NCBI GenBank assembly: GCA_905178155.1 | Contig: CAJINV010000005.1 | Location: forward strand, 5,349,038-5,413,037 | Direction of reading: 5' to 3' | From: Amoebophrya sp. A120 | Taxonomy: Eukaryota > Protista > Dinoflagellata | DNA length: 64,000 nt | Program-made: the position numbers and the translations under genes | Part shown: one piece after another, positions 61,901 through 64,000 of the stretch | How the letters are laid out: every line of letters begins with the position of its first letter | Numbering within the stretch: position 1 is the stretch's first letter | The notes under the pieces: model-generated | Told to the model about the DNA's origin: nothing | Database searches by the model: none | Seen by the model: the letters and a program-made list of their open reading frames with translations, nothing else

Positions 61901-64000
61901 CAAATTTTTGCGACGTCTACTTCAAGCAGCCCAACACGAGCGAGAACAAAGAACAAAAAGAAAGCCGCGAAGATGAACGGGATATTATGATGAACAACGC
62001 CCACCCGACGGATCTCGTGCCGACTAGGACCACCCTGGAAGTAGATGGTCATCACGCCCAGGATCTTCATACAACTGGACGAGATGACGCAGTTCCTTCT
62101 CGTCCTCGTCTCGTCCACGATGAAAATGCAAACGACCCACCACAGGACGAGCTCGTCCGTGCAAGAGCAACTGGCTCTGCCAACAGCGCAAGAAACAACT
62201 CCAACTCGTCCACTGGCGGAACCCGAACCGGGGGCAACGACGTTGTGTCTTGTTGTTCTACCGCTCCGGTTGCGCTGCAGCTGAAACAACAAATTCATGA
62301 CGGGGATGAAGAAAATGTTGACGAAAGAAAAAATTCTACGGGCTTTACTGGAGGTGTAGTTGACACCAGAAGTAATAGAAGTCTTCCTGATCATCATGAC
62401 CACCCCGTTCATCCTACTTCCGGCGCGAGAACATCGACCAAGACGACGAGCGCCACGACCACGCCCTCTTCTATCCTGACCAAGCTGCGGCTTTTGAACG
62501 CTTTCCTGGTGCGGCGCTTTCTCGTGTATCCACAGTAAATATCCCGGACACGTACATCAAATGTGGTTTCTGCATGACAAAACTTGCCTCCAATCCTAGT
62601 GCAGCATGACAAGCTGGGCTCCGCAAGGTAGCGAAATTTGTCATGCATTTTGTACATGTTGTACAGGAAATTTACATCGCATATCGTGGTCCAGCTGCGG
62701 CGAAAGAGACGGATTCAGGTGGTGTACAACTGTCTGAACCACTGGAATATCGAGTGCAAATATGTCTGGGTCTGGAAGAGTGCCAGGTTTGTCATGCAGG
62801 TTTTCCATGGCCACCCATGAGGGGTGGTATGTAGGACATAGCACGACAGATTCTGCGAGAGTTCAATCATGCCTGGTCTGCATGAGAAACTACTGCCTCT
62901 CGATTAGGTCAAAAGCGCACAGCTTTTGGCAATCATGCAACACAGATTTACTTTACATGATTTTGATTCAGATTTAGCATGACAAGTTGCACCCTTTGTC
63001 TGCTTCCAGACCCAGACACATTTGCATTTGATATGGAAAATTCTCGGCAGGCTGATGCTTGCGTTCAAGCAGTATTACGCCAAGATCCGCAGAGTTCAGT
63101 CCTGTATCCTGTGCAAGAGCATCGTATTCGTATAAATGCATTATAAATTTTCTCAGCATGAGAAACAATAACAAATGAAACTTGTAATGCGGATTGACTT
63201 TAAGAAAAAGATTTAAGTATAATGCATCATGACTGCAATTAGTACGAGTACGTGTGCGATACTTTTGCGCTGCATATCCTGGTGGAAGGAAGACGCCGGG
63301 AAAAAACTAGCGGCGAAAGTCCAACGGCTGACGAATCGGTGGACCAAAATCGAGTACCAGATCGTGGAAAAAAAGTTGCTGGCTTTAGAAGACCACAGTG
63401 CGCCGGGAGCTAGTACAACTACAGTTGCGGGGGCGGATCATATCGCAAGAAAAAACTTGTAATGCAGAAACTGTATCTCAGAAGTGTTTGTCTTGCTACA
63501 CATGCAAGCCAGGTGATGTTTAGCTGTGTTTTCCCTTAGGGACCTCGCATGGCAAGTCTTCCCTGTCATGTAGAGCAAACTTGTAATGCAAAACTTGCAA
63601 AATTCCTACAGTGAAACACCTTTTTCGTACGATAGATCGAGGCCGAGTGAACTACAAACAGGGCGGCGCGACGAGGAGGAGAGGGAACAACATAAAGAAC
63701 TTGAACGGTAGTTCATCTGTGGCGCAAGCAAATCAAAAAAAGAACCCGATCCACCCGGGCAGCTGCAACTTCTTCTACAAGGACAACAACCACACCTCCG
63801 GAACTAGTAGTACAGTGAAGCTTCGCAATTTTAACACGTCCCTAGCTGGGGGCTCTACTGGTGGTCGTGCTGGTGGTATGGAGAGAAAAAAGTTTGTCAC
63901 AGTCACTACCTTGCAGGTTTTGCATTACAAATTTTTTCAGCATCACAGCTTTTCCCTGTATTGCAGAAACACTAGGGAAATGCCTTATGAAGTTTGGCTG
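55942..64000 (+). CDS. Large hypothetical protein, low-complexity rich, with an IQ-like segment (KIRRVQSWWK); continues beyond the window
   Basis: ATG at 55942; removing 14 elements links ORFs 56089, 57604, 58262, 60064, 61834 and 63229 into one open frame. Confidence 0.75.
56014..56293. mobile_element. TIR intron element F3
   Basis: DR tcgaa/tcgaa. Confidence 0.9.
56823..56973. mobile_element. TIR intron element F2
   Basis: DR ggggg/ggggg. Confidence 0.9.
57023..57165. mobile_element. TIR intron element F2
   Basis: DR aacga/aacga. Confidence 0.9.
57339..57566. mobile_element. TIR intron element F4-like
   Basis: DR tctgc/tctgc; similar to 63441. Confidence 0.9.
57866..58029. mobile_element. 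TIR intron element F2 with altered left end (CAC)
   Basis: DR agcgg/agcgg, extendable to agcggcac. Confidence 0.8.
58097..58403. mobile_element. TIR intron element F9
   Basis: DR ctcag/ctcag. Confidence 0.9.
59149..59299. mobile_element. TIR intron element F2
   Basis: DR ggcat/ggtat. Confidence 0.88.
59464..59747. mobile_element. TIR intron element F3
   Basis: Starts TAC; DR tccag/tccag. Confidence 0.88.
59843..60096. mobile_element. TIR intron element F9-related
   Basis: tatgagagcctcagaatg / cattctgaggctttcata; DR acggt/acggt. Confidence 0.9.
61581..61845. mobile_element. TIR intron element F3
   Basis: DR atccg/gtccg. Confidence 0.88.
62527..62683. mobile_element. TIR intron element F6
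   Basis: DR tcgtg/tcgtg. Confidence 0.9.
62748..63033. mobile_element. TIR intron element F3
   Basis: DR tggaa/tggaa. Confidence 0.9.
63105..63276. mobile_element. TIR intron element F2
   Basis: DR tcctg/tcctg. Confidence 0.9.
63441..63634. mobile_element. TIR intron element F4-like
   Basis: DR gatca/gatcg. Confidence 0.85.
63877..64000. mobile_element. Left part of a TIR element cut by the window edge
   Basis: tatggagagaaaaaag start; gcattacaaa and gcatcacag motifs. Confidence 0.6.

Noticed and set aside
979-62412. Long minus-strand ORFs (e.g. 979-1491, 4254-4913, 10127-10741, 61879-62412)
   Set aside because: Antisense shadows of low-complexity + strand exons with no recognisable motifs
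4948-63276. Many short ORFs sharing peptides such as [29 protein letters not shown] and CMTN
   Set aside because: They are translations of element TIRs and core motifs in various frames, not a protein family
3112-63634. Elements as miRNA precursors, tRNA-derived SINEs, solo LTRs or group I/II introns
   Set aside because: No A/B boxes, poly-A tails, TG...CA ends or ribozyme core; TIR plus 5-bp duplication fits non-autonomous DNA transposons

Overview
Eukaryotic, gene-dense window, most likely from a syndinian dinoflagellate parasite of the Amoebophrya type (inferred from the intron system and recalled literature, not from a search). About 11 protein-coding genes, all on the + strand: a small mitochondrial-type protein, a possibly secreted PARP-like ADP-ribosyltransferase, a large unknown protein, DMC1, an Aurora-like kinase, two weakly resolved genes, B9D1, two tandem Cys-rich type-I membrane paralogs and a large gene that runs off the window end. 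The dominant signal is about 80 (manual count) MITE-like inserts of 109-311 bp. They start TAT and end ATA, have terminal inverted repeats (TIRs), sit between 5-bp direct repeats (DRs) and share an internal GCATNACAAA motif. Removing an insert plus one DR copy restores the reading frame through conserved motifs (e.g. the DMC1 Walker A and B9D1 GWP), so they behave as non-canonical, non GT-AG introns. My family labels: F1 tatgagagtgcacaactcccc; F2 tat-n5-gcaaaagtatcgtactcg; F3 tat-n5-gcaaanatgtctgggtctggaa; F4 tatccaagaaaaaaactgtg; F5 tatccaggaaaaacacccatcc; F6 tatccacagtaaatttcc; F7 tatcacagnaaaagtgttaacg; F8 tatcccacagaaaaaagc; F9 tatggnnnngtcagg / tatgagagcctcag. Element coordinates exclude the DRs. 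All splicing is inferred from frame restoration; there is no RNA evidence here.
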